Positions 42,598 to 51,623 of a stretch of 64,000 bases of DNA are shown here, piece after piece (the first letter of the stretch is position 1; each line of letters opens with the position of its first letter). Location of the stretch: contig JBEGIR010000068.1 of NCBI GenBank assembly GCA_040224245.1, forward strand, positions 17,283-81,282. Reading direction: 5' to 3'. The translations under genes were made by a program, and so were the position numbers. The notes beneath the pieces were generated by a model. The model saw only the letters and a list, made by a program, of their open reading frames with translations. It was not told the origin of the DNA and made no database searches. The DNA comes from Puniceicoccaceae bacterium. Its GTDB lineage: Bacteria > Verrucomicrobiota > Verrucomicrobiia > Opitutales > JAFGAQ01.

Positions 42598-43500
42598 ATG
42601 AAGCATTCTCCGTTTCCATCTCCCGAAATCGTCACTGCAAAAGCATCATGGCTCATCTGGATCGTCCCCGTGGTTGCGCTGTGCATCAGTGCCTACCTGC
42701 TCTTGGAGGAATTCGGTAACCGCGGACCCTTGATCAGCATCCGATTTCAGGATGGTTCCGGACTTGAAGCCAACCAAACCCGCCTGCTGAGTCGCGGCGT
42801 GACGGTCGGGAGGGTTGAGCGAATTGCCCTCACGGAAAATCTGAGCGAAGTGCGTGTCGATGTTCGCCTGGATAAATCGATGCGTTCACTTGCTGCTGAA
42901 AACAGTCGTTTCTGGGTGGTTCGACCCGAAATCAGCATGAGCGGCATTCAGGGTCTGGAAACCTTGATGAGCGGCCCCTACATCTATGTGGATCCGGGTG
43001 AAGGTGCATTCCAAAGCGAATTCAAAGGTCTCGATTCACCCCCACAAAACTCACATTCCTCGTTCGAATACCGACTGCGGGCGGATCGTCGCATCAGCGC
43101 TCATCCCGGCGTTCCCGTGCTGTTCAGAGGACTTCCGGTCGGTTCGGTCACACAAGTCGATCTCAGCAACGATGCATCGGAGGTGTGGGTCACCATTCGC
43201 ATTGAACCCGACCACGGCCATCTGGTGCGGCCCGAAAGCCGTTTCTGGGATGCGGGCGGGGTCAACCTGCAGGTCAATTTGCTCGGAGCAAAGCTGAGAA
43301 CCGGCTCCATGGAATCCCTGCTTGCAGGAGCCATCGAATTTGCAACTCCACCGGAAGCCGCAAACTCCCCCATCGCAAGCCCGGGAAGCCTCTTCGTCCT
43401 GCACACCGAAGCGGAAGAAAAGTGGCTGAAGTGGAAAGCCATCCTGCCTCCAGAGTCCGAATCCGGCAAAGTCGACCTCCCCAACGATCCGTCCACATAA
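42598..43500 (+). CDS. MCE/MlaD-domain protein (short PqiB-like)
   Basis: N-terminal TM anchor (WLIWIVPVVALCISAYLL) followed by MCE-type segments (LEANQTRLLSRGVTVGRVERIAL; PVLFRGLPVGSVTQVDL). About 300 aa, shorter than E. coli PqiB. Confidence 0.7.
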   Translation: MKHSPFPSPEIVTAKASWLIWIVPVVALCISAYLLLEEFGNRGPLISIRFQDGSGLEANQTRLLSRGVTVGRVERIALTENLSEVRVDVRLDKSMRSLAAENSRFWVVRPEISMSGIQGLETLMSGPYIYVDPGEGAFQSEFKGLDSPPQNSHSSFEYRLRADRRISAHPGVPVLFRGLPVGSVTQVDLSNDASEVWVTIRIEPDHGHLVRPESRFWDAGGVNLQVNLLGAKLRTGSMESLLAGAIEFATPPEAANSPIASPGSLFVLHTEAEEKWLKWKAILPPESESGKVDLPNDPST

Positions 43501-43591
43501 TCCTCGCAGTCTTCGCCATTTTCTGAAGCGCCGTCTTCAGCTTCCGGACCCTTCGAGTTGAAACACACCACAGATTCAACTGTATTGCGGT

Positions 43592-44047
43592 GTGCACTCT
43601 GATATTTTCCAGTGGATCCAGGAACATGATACCGCATTGACAGCACTGAGCTTCGGCAGCCTGCTCATGTTCCTCGCTTCGCTTGCTTTGATTCCCATCA
43701 TCCTCATTCGCCTTCCGTCCGACTACTTCACCCGCCAATCCCCCACGCGAGTCCGGGAACACCCCGTTTTATTCCTGATCCGCGTGATCCTGCAAAACCT
43801 GCTCGGAGTGGCACTGCTGCTCGCAGGAATCCTGATGCTGGTCCTGCCTGGGCAGGGCCTGCTCACCATCCTGCTGGGAATCAGTCTCATCCACTTTCCG
43901 CGCAAGCGCCAACTGGTGCAGCGTCTGATCCGGATGCGGCGCATTCACCGCTCGATCAACTGGATCCGCTCGCGCTATGGGGTCGCCCCCATCGAAGTTC
44001 CGGAGCGCAATCCCGTCTGTCAGAACCATCCAACTCGGGGCACGTGA
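43592..44047 (+). CDS. small inner-membrane protein (PGPGW-like?)
   Basis: 151-aa ORF (GTG start) with 2-3 hydrophobic helices. LMLVLPGQGLLTILLGISLI is reminiscent of the PGPGW membrane-protein family. Weak assignment. Confidence 0.45.
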   Translation: MHSDIFQWIQEHDTALTALSFGSLLMFLASLALIPIILIRLPSDYFTRQSPTRVREHPVLFLIRVILQNLLGVALLLAGILMLVLPGQGLLTILLGISLIHFPRKRQLVQRLIRMRRIHRSINWIRSRYGVAPIEVPERNPVCQNHPTRGT

Positions 44048-44069
44048 AGCAACCCGAAACCGCATCCGA

Positions 44070-46163
44070 TCACCCTTCCTTAATCAAATAGGGTCCCCAT
44101 CCGCGCTCAAAAAATTCGCGCTGCACCTCCGCATTCAGCTCAACGGGCTGGGCATGCACTCGAAATCCACCTTCTTCCGGTGTGACCACCAGCTTCTCCC
44201 GTCGGTCTTTTTCCTGCTCCTCCCGGAATCGAAAACGGGACAAATCCACAGCCTTGGCCTCGGGGCATTGCGTGCCCTGTTCCGTGCAGATTGCCCTTGC
44301 TCCACGGCTTCCACCCCCATGTTCTATGTAGAACTGCAATGCCGTCAGCACCGCTTCCGAAACCCGCGTCATCTGCCTCCAGCGGAACGCCCGGCTCACC
44401 TGAGTTGGAGAACTCACATGAATGCCATGTTGTTCGACCCGTTCGCGCAGCTGGCGAGCAGCGTTGAGAGCTTCACGAACATCATCCTGGTAACAAAGGA
44501 TGCCCGCATGCTCGCTCATGCGTTCCTGTATCTCCAGTTGCACCTCCTTGATTTTGAGGCCCTCTGCATTGCCCACAAAGGCTTCAGCCTCTTCAAGAAA
44601 ACGAACCATTTGATCGGAGAATGTGCTCACTTCGCAATGACGGGCTTGCCGGTGCAATCGAGAACGTTTGATGGCCACCGCAACGCGTTTTCCAAACACT
44701 TGCCCCGAATTCAGTGCAGCCCCGCCCGGACGGGTCACACCGTGGCTTCCCGCCGCCTCCCCGATCGCATAACAACCGGACAGTGTTGTCTGCCCCCAAT
44801 CATCGATCAGGATACCTCCATTCATGTGCTGGTTGTTCATCGTGAACTCGAGAGGTTCGCTCGCCAGATCCGTGCCGTGCATGCGGTAGAGTTCAATTGC
44901 CAGCGGATTCATGCGCCGCAATCGGTCAATGGGCAGTTCCTGTAGCGCATCATTGTTTTCGAGATAGGCTCGAACGTCCGGATCGAGATCATCGAGGGAA
45001 AACGATTCTCCATCATTCACGGGTTCCGGATTTCTCAGGAAATCCAAATACACTTTGCGTCCCGCTTTGGTCTCCAGAAACACCGCCAGATCAAAGAGAC
45101 TCGATCCATAGTCGAGCATTCGCGTTGAGTGAAAGGGCCACTGGTAACCTTTGCGGAAGGTATTGGAAACCATCTCACGCGTTGTGCGATAATACTTTGC
45201 TAAAAACGGAATCTCATTGCCCTGCTCATCCACCGAATAAACCCGTGGCATCACCTGCACATAGGTTCCGGAAAGGTTCCACGGAAATGTGCTGCGCGGC
45301 GTCCCGATGCCAAACTGGGATTCCGTAAGATTGCACAGGGACAAGCCTGCATCAATTGCCAGCCCCAGCCCCCCATAGCAGTGGTGTGGGTAAACGCTGT
45401 CCCGGTACAGCTCCCCCGGCCCTCCGGTCGCAATCACCACATCTTCACATGCCACAAAAATCACACCATAGGCATTGCGGGTTTCCGAACGGTGGATTGC
45501 CAGCACACCTGCGACGCGTTCAGTGCCCTCAGAGCGTTCTTTCACGATGCGAATGGCACTGGAACTCGGAAGGATGCGAACGCCCAGATTGAGGGCCTCT
45601 TCGAACAGCACCTTTACCATCAGTTTTGAGGTCCGGGGACCACAGCTCGTCGCCCGTCCCGCCTCATCGTGATCGGTCTGGTACCTCAAAATCGCCCCCC
45701 GATCATCGTGGGGCAAGGGCAACCCCATGAATTGCAATCCCCCAATGGCATCGATCGAACCCACCGCCTCCACATACGCCGTCGAAAAATCCATCGCACC
45801 GCCGGAGCACAGTCCTTTTGCATATTCCACAAAGTTGTCTCCCTTGTAATCGGTGCTGGCCGTGTAAAGGGTCTGTTTGTCCGATCCCGAACAGGCAGAG
45901 GTTCCCGCAAACAGGCCGGTACTCATCACCATCACATCGATGGCCCGGCGTTTCAGCTCCACTGCTGCGCGCATGCCCGCAGCCCCACTGCCGATCACCA
46001 GCGATTCGCAGCGATAGACCGGGATGCACGCATTCCCAGCCTGCACAACCTCGGAGCTAGGTGCCATGCCCTTGACTTTCGGCATCTCAAAACGGGTCAA
46101 TCGATCCAGAATATCCTGTGGAATCGCAGCAAATCCCTGCTTGGCAATATCTTCAGTTGTCAT
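44070..46163 (-). CDS. FAD-binding oxidoreductase (fumarate reductase/succinate dehydrogenase flavoprotein-like superfamily)
   Basis: 697-aa ORF with the dinucleotide-binding motif SLVIGSGAAGMRAAVEL and a later VVIATGGPGELY. No Fe-S or cytochrome partner genes are adjacent. Confidence 0.75.
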   Translation of the reverse strand: MTTEDIAKQGFAAIPQDILDRLTRFEMPKVKGMAPSSEVVQAGNACIPVYRCESLVIGSGAAGMRAAVELKRRAIDVMVMSTGLFAGTSACSGSDKQTLYTASTDYKGDNFVEYAKGLCSGGAMDFSTAYVEAVGSIDAIGGLQFMGLPLPHDDRGAILRYQTDHDEAGRATSCGPRTSKLMVKVLFEEALNLGVRILPSSSAIRIVKERSEGTERVAGVLAIHRSETRNAYGVIFVACEDVVIATGGPGELYRDSVYPHHCYGGLGLAIDAGLSLCNLTESQFGIGTPRSTFPWNLSGTYVQVMPRVYSVDEQGNEIPFLAKYYRTTREMVSNTFRKGYQWPFHSTRMLDYGSSLFDLAVFLETKAGRKVYLDFLRNPEPVNDGESFSLDDLDPDVRAYLENNDALQELPIDRLRRMNPLAIELYRMHGTDLASEPLEFTMNNQHMNGGILIDDWGQTTLSGCYAIGEAAGSHGVTRPGGAALNSGQVFGKRVAVAIKRSRLHRQARHCEVSTFSDQMVRFLEEAEAFVGNAEGLKIKEVQLEIQERMSEHAGILCYQDDVREALNAARQLRERVEQHGIHVSSPTQVSRAFRWRQMTRVSEAVLTALQFYIEHGGGSRGARAICTEQGTQCPEAKAVDLSRFRFREEQEKDRREKLVVTPEEGGFRVHAQPVELNAEVQREFFERGWGPYLIKEG

Positions 46164-46469
46164 GTTGAATCATAGAAACAAAGAAACCCTGAGATTTCCA
46201 GCCCACGCCATCTCTGATCAACGGAATTGTGGTATGACAGTAGGATTCCGGTGGAAGTGTAAGGGGCAAGTGGGAGCCACTGCTCAAGCTCAAAACTGGG
46301 TTAACGGGTCCCATGTTCGCCACGGACATCGTCAGTTTCCAACGCATGTCCGTCAGCTTCACTGAAGTGCGTGCTTGCCCACGCAACGTTCCTGTCTCTA
46401 GGATAATGCAGTATCTTCATGCTCTGCGAACACCGCAACATCCACTCTCATATTCAACGTTCTACCACT

Positions 46470-47066
46470 ATGAAACCGATCACTTCAGCACTGCTCCCCC
46501 TTCTTCTCAGTTTCCTGTTGCTGCAAACGCTCTCCGCAAATCTCACCGATTCCATGATCGAAAAGTGGATGCGTGCCTATCCCACTGTCGAAGCATGGAT
46601 GGAAGCCAATGAAGATGTGCTTGATCCGTTGATGGACACCGACGAAGCCGAGATGATGAGCCTCGACCAGCTCATGCTATCGGGATTCAAGGCCATGCAA
46701 AGCCATCCGATCTATCAGGAATTCAAAAAGGTCATCAAACCGCTCGGTTACAGCAATGATGCTGATTTCATCCACGATACCGTCGCCATTTTCAAAGCGT
46801 TTACCGCTATCAGTGTCAAAGAGGAGATGAATGAAATGGGAGGGTTTGACCTCTCCGCTCTGCAATCCCAACTGAAGGAAATCGATCAGATGCAGGGGCT
46901 GAGTGCAGATCAAAAGGCGATGATGAAACAACAGCTTCAGTCCGCAATGGGTCAGATGGGAGCCTTTCTGGAATCCGTCCAATCCGTGAGCGAATCGGAC
47001 ATCCAAACCCTGATGCCCTACTTTGACCAAATCGCTGCCCTTTTTGACAGCGAAAGCGAAGACTGA
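46470..47066 (+). CDS. secreted Met-rich acidic helical protein, unknown function
   Basis: Start at the ATG giving MKPITSALLPLLLSFLLLQTLSA (signal peptide). The mature part has about 16 Met by hand count and many D/E/Q residues. No recognisable family. Confidence 0.6.
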   Translation: MKPITSALLPLLLSFLLLQTLSANLTDSMIEKWMRAYPTVEAWMEANEDVLDPLMDTDEAEMMSLDQLMLSGFKAMQSHPIYQEFKKVIKPLGYSNDADFIHDTVAIFKAFTAISVKEEMNEMGGFDLSALQSQLKEIDQMQGLSADQKAMMKQQLQSAMGQMGAFLESVQSVSESDIQTLMPYFDQIAALFDSESED

Positions 47067-47232
47067 GCACCGCATCAGCCCGGCGAATAAGTCCGCTCAC
47101 ATTCACACACCCACCTGAAGCTTCGGTTTCCGGTGATTCATCGCGCTTGGCATCAGGCCAGTGACGCCCTGTGCTCACAATGCACTTGCCAAAGTCCCGC
47201 CTTTTTCGAAAAGCTCCGCACCTACGATCATC

Positions 47233-48336
47233 ATGAGCAAAACCCTGACATTTGCAGTACTACCCGGTGACTACATCGGCCCCGAAGTAATGGAAGTCGC
47301 GCTAGACGTGCTTCAGGCAGCCACCACGGCGCATGGCATCACGCTCGACTACGACATTGCACCCGTTGGAGGTGCGGGTATCGATGCCCATGGTTCAGCG
47401 CTTCCGGATACAACCCTTGAGCTGTGCAAACGCTCCGACGCCATTCTCTTTGGTTCGGTCGGCGGTCCCAAGTGGGAATCCCTGCCTCCAAAGGAACAAC
47501 CCGAGCGTGCTGCGCTGCTTCCGCTTCGCAAAGCATTCAGTCTCTTTGCCAATATTCGCCCCGGCCTGCTCTTCAAGGAACTCACCGATGCTTCACCGCT
47601 CAAGACTGAGCGCATCCCCGAAGGCATTGACATTGTATGCATCCGCGAACTGACCGGCGGCATCTATTTTGGACAACCCAAGGGAACGGAACAGCTCAGC
47701 GACGGCCGCAAACGTGCAGTGGATACCATGGTCTACAGCACCGATGAGATCGAACGCATCGCAGAGGTCGCTGCTCTTACCGCAAAGGGGCGAAGTGGCC
47801 GGGTATGCTCAGTCGACAAGGCCAATGTGCTCGAAACTTCCGTGCTTTGGCGTCAGACCGTCACAGATTATTTCCGCAATCATCATCCCGACATCCAACT
47901 CAGTCACATGTATGTGGACAACGCGGCGATGCAGCTCGCCCGCGATCCCAATCAGTTTGATGTGCTGTTTACCGAAAACATGTTTGGCGATATTCTCAGT
48001 GATGAGATGGCGGTGATTTGTGGCAGTCTTGGCATGATGTCGTCTGCATCGCTCGGTACCCTGCAAAACAGCCATGGACTTCCCTATGGACTCTACGAGC
48101 CAGCTGGTGGTACCGCACCCGATATCGCGGGCAAGGGCATCGCCAATCCCTGTGCTCAAATCCTGTCTGCTGCCATGATGCTGGAGTATTCGTTTCAGGA
48201 AACCGAGATCGCCAATCGCATGCGTGCGGCAGTGAAGTCCACCGTGCAGGATGGCATTCGCACAGGTGATATCGCATTCGGGAAAACTCCCGTCAACACC
48301 CGCGAGATGGCCAAGGCAATCAAACAACGCCTCTGA
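47233..48336 (+). CDS. leuB: 3-isopropylmalate dehydrogenase
   Basis: MSKTLTFAVLPGDYIGPEV N-terminus, the NMFGDILSDE signature, and ...GLYEPAGGTAPDIAGKGIANP. Confidence 0.95.
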   Translation: MSKTLTFAVLPGDYIGPEVMEVALDVLQAATTAHGITLDYDIAPVGGAGIDAHGSALPDTTLELCKRSDAILFGSVGGPKWESLPPKEQPERAALLPLRKAFSLFANIRPGLLFKELTDASPLKTERIPEGIDIVCIRELTGGIYFGQPKGTEQLSDGRKRAVDTMVYSTDEIERIAEVAALTAKGRSGRVCSVDKANVLETSVLWRQTVTDYFRNHHPDIQLSHMYVDNAAMQLARDPNQFDVLFTENMFGDILSDEMAVICGSLGMMSSASLGTLQNSHGLPYGLYEPAGGTAPDIAGKGIANPCAQILSAAMMLEYSFQETEIANRMRAAVKSTVQDGIRTGDIAFGKTPVNTREMAKAIKQRL

Positions 48337-48540
48337 GCGTTACCAAGAACAGAATCAACGCTGAAATCCCGGCTCTCACAGGTCGCATGTTGCAGCATTT
48401 CATAAAGATGCCTGACGATTTTCCTGATTTGTAGGCCGTTAACACAAAGCTTGCCTACCGATTTCAATCGAGGATCGGCTCAGTTGCAGGAAACACCTGA
48501 GTAAAATCCGGCAAAGATTCGTCCGTAAAAACCGCCACTT

Positions 48541-48670
48541 TTCGATTACCTAAATTTAGGTAGGAAGTTAAAGAGACTTATCTATATGAAAATTAAGAGC
48601 TTACAAATTTACAATTGGTCTTCAGAAAAAAACTTCTGATTTTTGATACTTTTTCATTGAAATCAGCACG
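48541..48670. other. AT-rich island inside a 654-nt gene-free convergent gap
   Basis: The hand-counted G+C over these 130 nt is about 28 percent, clearly below the surrounding sequence. It contains the perfect 12-nt palindrome cctaaatttagg and a weak hairpin tcagaa-aaaaac-ttctga followed by ttttt. Confidence 0.6.
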
Positions 48671-48990
48671 AATTCGTGGATGGTTATCAATGAGGTTGGA
48701 CGCATCATAGTGGTTGGAGGACCCAGATGCGTGCAAAGGAGGTGCCCTTTAAAAGGCACCCCATTGGAGGACGAGCGGGGCCTGAGGAACCCCGCTCACT
48801 CTATGTACGGACCTTGCGTTCGTTCCACACTTTGCAAAAAACCACCATCGTGAAGTACGGCAATCATCCCTGGCGGATTTCCCGATCCATCGGAGCGTTT
48901 TGAGTTCGGCATCTGCCGAACGGTGTGTTGTCAAATCCTGAGTACAGGATCTGAAACAATCATTCGCATAAGTTTGAAACAGAGTATCGA

Positions 48991-50235
48991 CTACACCTGT
49001 CGCTCCCGTTCGGGATCCCACCGGATCTCATGTCCACTGCGGGCAGCCTCTGCAAGCAACAGGCAAACCGTGTTGGAGCGGTGCGATACTTCGGCGGATG
49101 ACACCGGTTGCTTTCGGGATTTCACAGCATTGAGAAAATCTTCGTAGTGATTCTTGCTGACCTGAAGGATTTCCTGGCCCGGTTCCGGTTCCCAGCGCAG
49201 GATTTCACGATCATGCGCCTCAAAGCCACCTCTCACCACATCCAACCAACCTTCGCTCCCAAAAAAGCGCACACCCGGTCGCCGCACATCGCCCGCATCC
49301 AGACTGAGCAACTCCATGCGCAACCCATCGGCATAAGTAAACTCCCCTTCAATGCGAGTGTGCACGTTCCAGATTCCGCGATCTTCATAGGTTGATTTCG
49401 CGCGGACCGAAACTGGACCCGTGAACTCCCGGCCACTTCCCCAGAGCGCGATATCAATCATGTGTGACCCCCAGTTGGTAATCATGCCGTGGCAAAATTC
49501 CTCCACCTGCATCCAACCCGGACGCGAGAAGTCAGCCTGGGGATGAACCCGTTTTTCAGTGTAAGGAAGGTGTTTCCGCTGTCCCAACCACCGCTCATAG
49601 TCGAGCTTTTCCGGTACCGGCATCGCTTCAAAGGTCGCACTTCCGTGGTCCTGCGGCAGTCGGATCTCCACCCGCTCCAGCGTTCCGATTTTGCCTTGCC
49701 GCACGAGTTCGCAAACCCTTCGGAAATATAAACTGGATCGCTGCTGCGTGCCCGACTGAAAGACCGCACGTTTCCGCTCGACCCTTCGAACCAGTTCTCT
49801 TCCTTCTTCAATCGTGAAGGTGATCGGTTTTTCAAGGTAGAGATCACAACCCGCATCCACCACATCCAGCGCAACAGCGGTATGGTTGTGGTCCGCTACC
49901 GCGACCACGCAGGCATCCACATTTCGCTGTCGCAGCAATTGCTCGGGGTAGGAATACACCGAAATTTCCTGCGCGATGCCTTGCTCGGCATATTTCTCCA
50001 GGATGAAATCCCGAGCCAGTTCAGCCCGCCGAAGGTCCACATCACACACGGCAACATAGCGCACGTGTTCCGGATCTGCCACTCCCAGAAAATTGGTTGT
50101 GAGATCGCGCCCCTGTCGACCACAGCCAATCAGTGCGAGTCCGGTTCGACCATCGTTGAAAGCACGCGCACAGCCTGCGAGCGAAGCACTCGCGCAGGCT
50201 GCCGCTGAGATCCTGAGAAAATCGCGTCGCTCCAT
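48991..50235 (-). CDS. Tat-exported Gfo/Idh/MocA family oxidoreductase
   Basis: Start at the ATG giving MERRDFLRISAAACASASLAGCA (twin-arginine signal). Rossmann motif LALIGCGRQG. It begins 1 nt after the stop of the upstream paralogue. Confidence 0.85.
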   Translation of the reverse strand: MERRDFLRISAAACASASLAGCARAFNDGRTGLALIGCGRQGRDLTTNFLGVADPEHVRYVAVCDVDLRRAELARDFILEKYAEQGIAQEISVYSYPEQLLRQRNVDACVVAVADHNHTAVALDVVDAGCDLYLEKPITFTIEEGRELVRRVERKRAVFQSGTQQRSSLYFRRVCELVRQGKIGTLERVEIRLPQDHGSATFEAMPVPEKLDYERWLGQRKHLPYTEKRVHPQADFSRPGWMQVEEFCHGMITNWGSHMIDIALWGSGREFTGPVSVRAKSTYEDRGIWNVHTRIEGEFTYADGLRMELLSLDAGDVRRPGVRFFGSEGWLDVVRGGFEAHDREILRWEPEPGQEILQVSKNHYEDFLNAVKSRKQPVSSAEVSHRSNTVCLLLAEAARSGHEIRWDPERERQV

Positions 50236-50236
50236 C

Positions 50237-51577
50237 TTATTCCAGTTCCCAACCAGGTTCATAGCTGCGGGACCAATACTCCTGCATCACCTGATTGTTA
50301 TAAAAATGCCCATCCGACGGATTCACTTTGAGCAATTTTCCATCCAGCCGGGCAGATACGTTGGCATAGTGACACAAGTGCGTGGAATACGCACCCTCAT
50401 CAATGGGTCCATTCAATTTGGCCTTTCCCTGCATCGCATCAAAGAAATTTTTCACATGAAGCGTGGTCATGTCTCCTCCGCCTCCCAGAGCGGTTCCTGC
50501 CTCATTTCCCGCGCCCATGCGCTCGAGCTTCAGCTTGCTGCTCCGGTCAAAGAGTCGAAACCCGTCACGATTCACAAACACACTGCCTTCGGTACCGTAA
50601 ATGATGGTTCCACGATCCGAACCATAGGTCAGATAGCGCTGCCGGCTGCGACCGTCCCAGCGGATCCGGCGCTGTTCCTCAAACAGAAACTGCACATCCA
50701 TGGTATCATACATTTCCCAGCCATCATCAGGCCAGTGACGCTTCAGCGCCAGCGCCGAAACGGACGAAGGATAGCGCACCTGCAATGCCCAGCGTGCAAC
50801 ATCCAGCTCGTGAGTCGCATTGTTGCCGGTCTCCGCCGTGCCCCAGTGCCAGAACCAGTGCCAGTTGTAGTCTTCAACCACATCGAGAAACTCGCGGCGC
50901 GGCGCAGGTCCCTGAAACAATTCCCAGTTGAGGTGAGCTGGTGCAGGCATCACTTCCGGTTGCTTGAGTTGATCCCGGTTGTTGCTGTAAAATGCAGTGG
51001 CTTCGTACACCTCACCAATCTCACCGGCATGAATGCGCTGCATTGCTTCGATGGTCTCGGGCGAGGACCGTTGCTGGGTTCCGATCTGGATCAGCGGCTC
51101 ATACTTCTGGCTCCACTCGATCAGCAGCTCATCCTCACGAAGATTGTGGCTGCAGGGTTTTTCCACATAGACGTGCTTTCCATGCTCGAGCGCCATCTTC
51201 GTCGCTGCAGCGTGCCAGTGGTCTGGCAACAGGATGAACACCGCATCCACATCATCCGCCGCGATGACCTCGCGCAGATCCTGACTGGTCTTGGGCGCAT
51301 AGCCCAACTTTGCCTTGGATTTTTGAAGGCCCGCTTCGAGCACCTTCGCATTCACATCGCACAACCAGGTCACCCGCACGCCGGGCAGATTTGCAAAGGA
51401 ATCGATCACTCCATCATAGCGACGGTAGGTACCCAGCACTGCAATCTGGATCGTGCCGTTGGATCCACGCGCAGCTGCATAGCTCTTGGCAGAGAAGGTA
51501 GCGGTCGACGCTGCAGCCAGTGCCACGCCCATTCCGGCCTGTTTCACAAAAGTTCGTCGGGGGATAGTTGTATTCAT
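50237..51577 (-). CDS. Tat-exported Gfo/Idh/MocA family oxidoreductase
   Basis: MNTTIPRRTFVKQAGMGVALAAAS (twin-arginine signal), IAVLGTYRRY Rossmann region, EKPCSHN motif. Confidence 0.85.
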   Translation of the reverse strand: MNTTIPRRTFVKQAGMGVALAAASTATFSAKSYAAARGSNGTIQIAVLGTYRRYDGVIDSFANLPGVRVTWLCDVNAKVLEAGLQKSKAKLGYAPKTSQDLREVIAADDVDAVFILLPDHWHAAATKMALEHGKHVYVEKPCSHNLREDELLIEWSQKYEPLIQIGTQQRSSPETIEAMQRIHAGEIGEVYEATAFYSNNRDQLKQPEVMPAPAHLNWELFQGPAPRREFLDVVEDYNWHWFWHWGTAETGNNATHELDVARWALQVRYPSSVSALALKRHWPDDGWEMYDTMDVQFLFEEQRRIRWDGRSRQRYLTYGSDRGTIIYGTEGSVFVNRDGFRLFDRSSKLKLERMGAGNEAGTALGGGGDMTTLHVKNFFDAMQGKAKLNGPIDEGAYSTHLCHYANVSARLDGKLLKVNPSDGHFYNNQVMQEYWSRSYEPGWELE

Positions 51578-51623
51578 ATTATTATAAGGGGATTAAGAAT
51601 GGATGAAAAAATGGAAACTCAGC

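Noticed and set aside
43977-44945. 322-aa plus-strand ORF
   Set aside because: Antisense to the FAD-binding oxidoreductase gene, with no recognisable motifs.
48337-48990. tRNA, tmRNA, RNase P RNA or SRP RNA in the long convergent gap
   Set aside because: No T-loop GGTTCGA-type arm with matching stems was found. I also found no CCA-proximal tRNA-like end, no GAGGAAAGTCC (RNase P) motif and no SRP helix-8 motif on either strand. The region is kept only as an unclassified candidate RNA.
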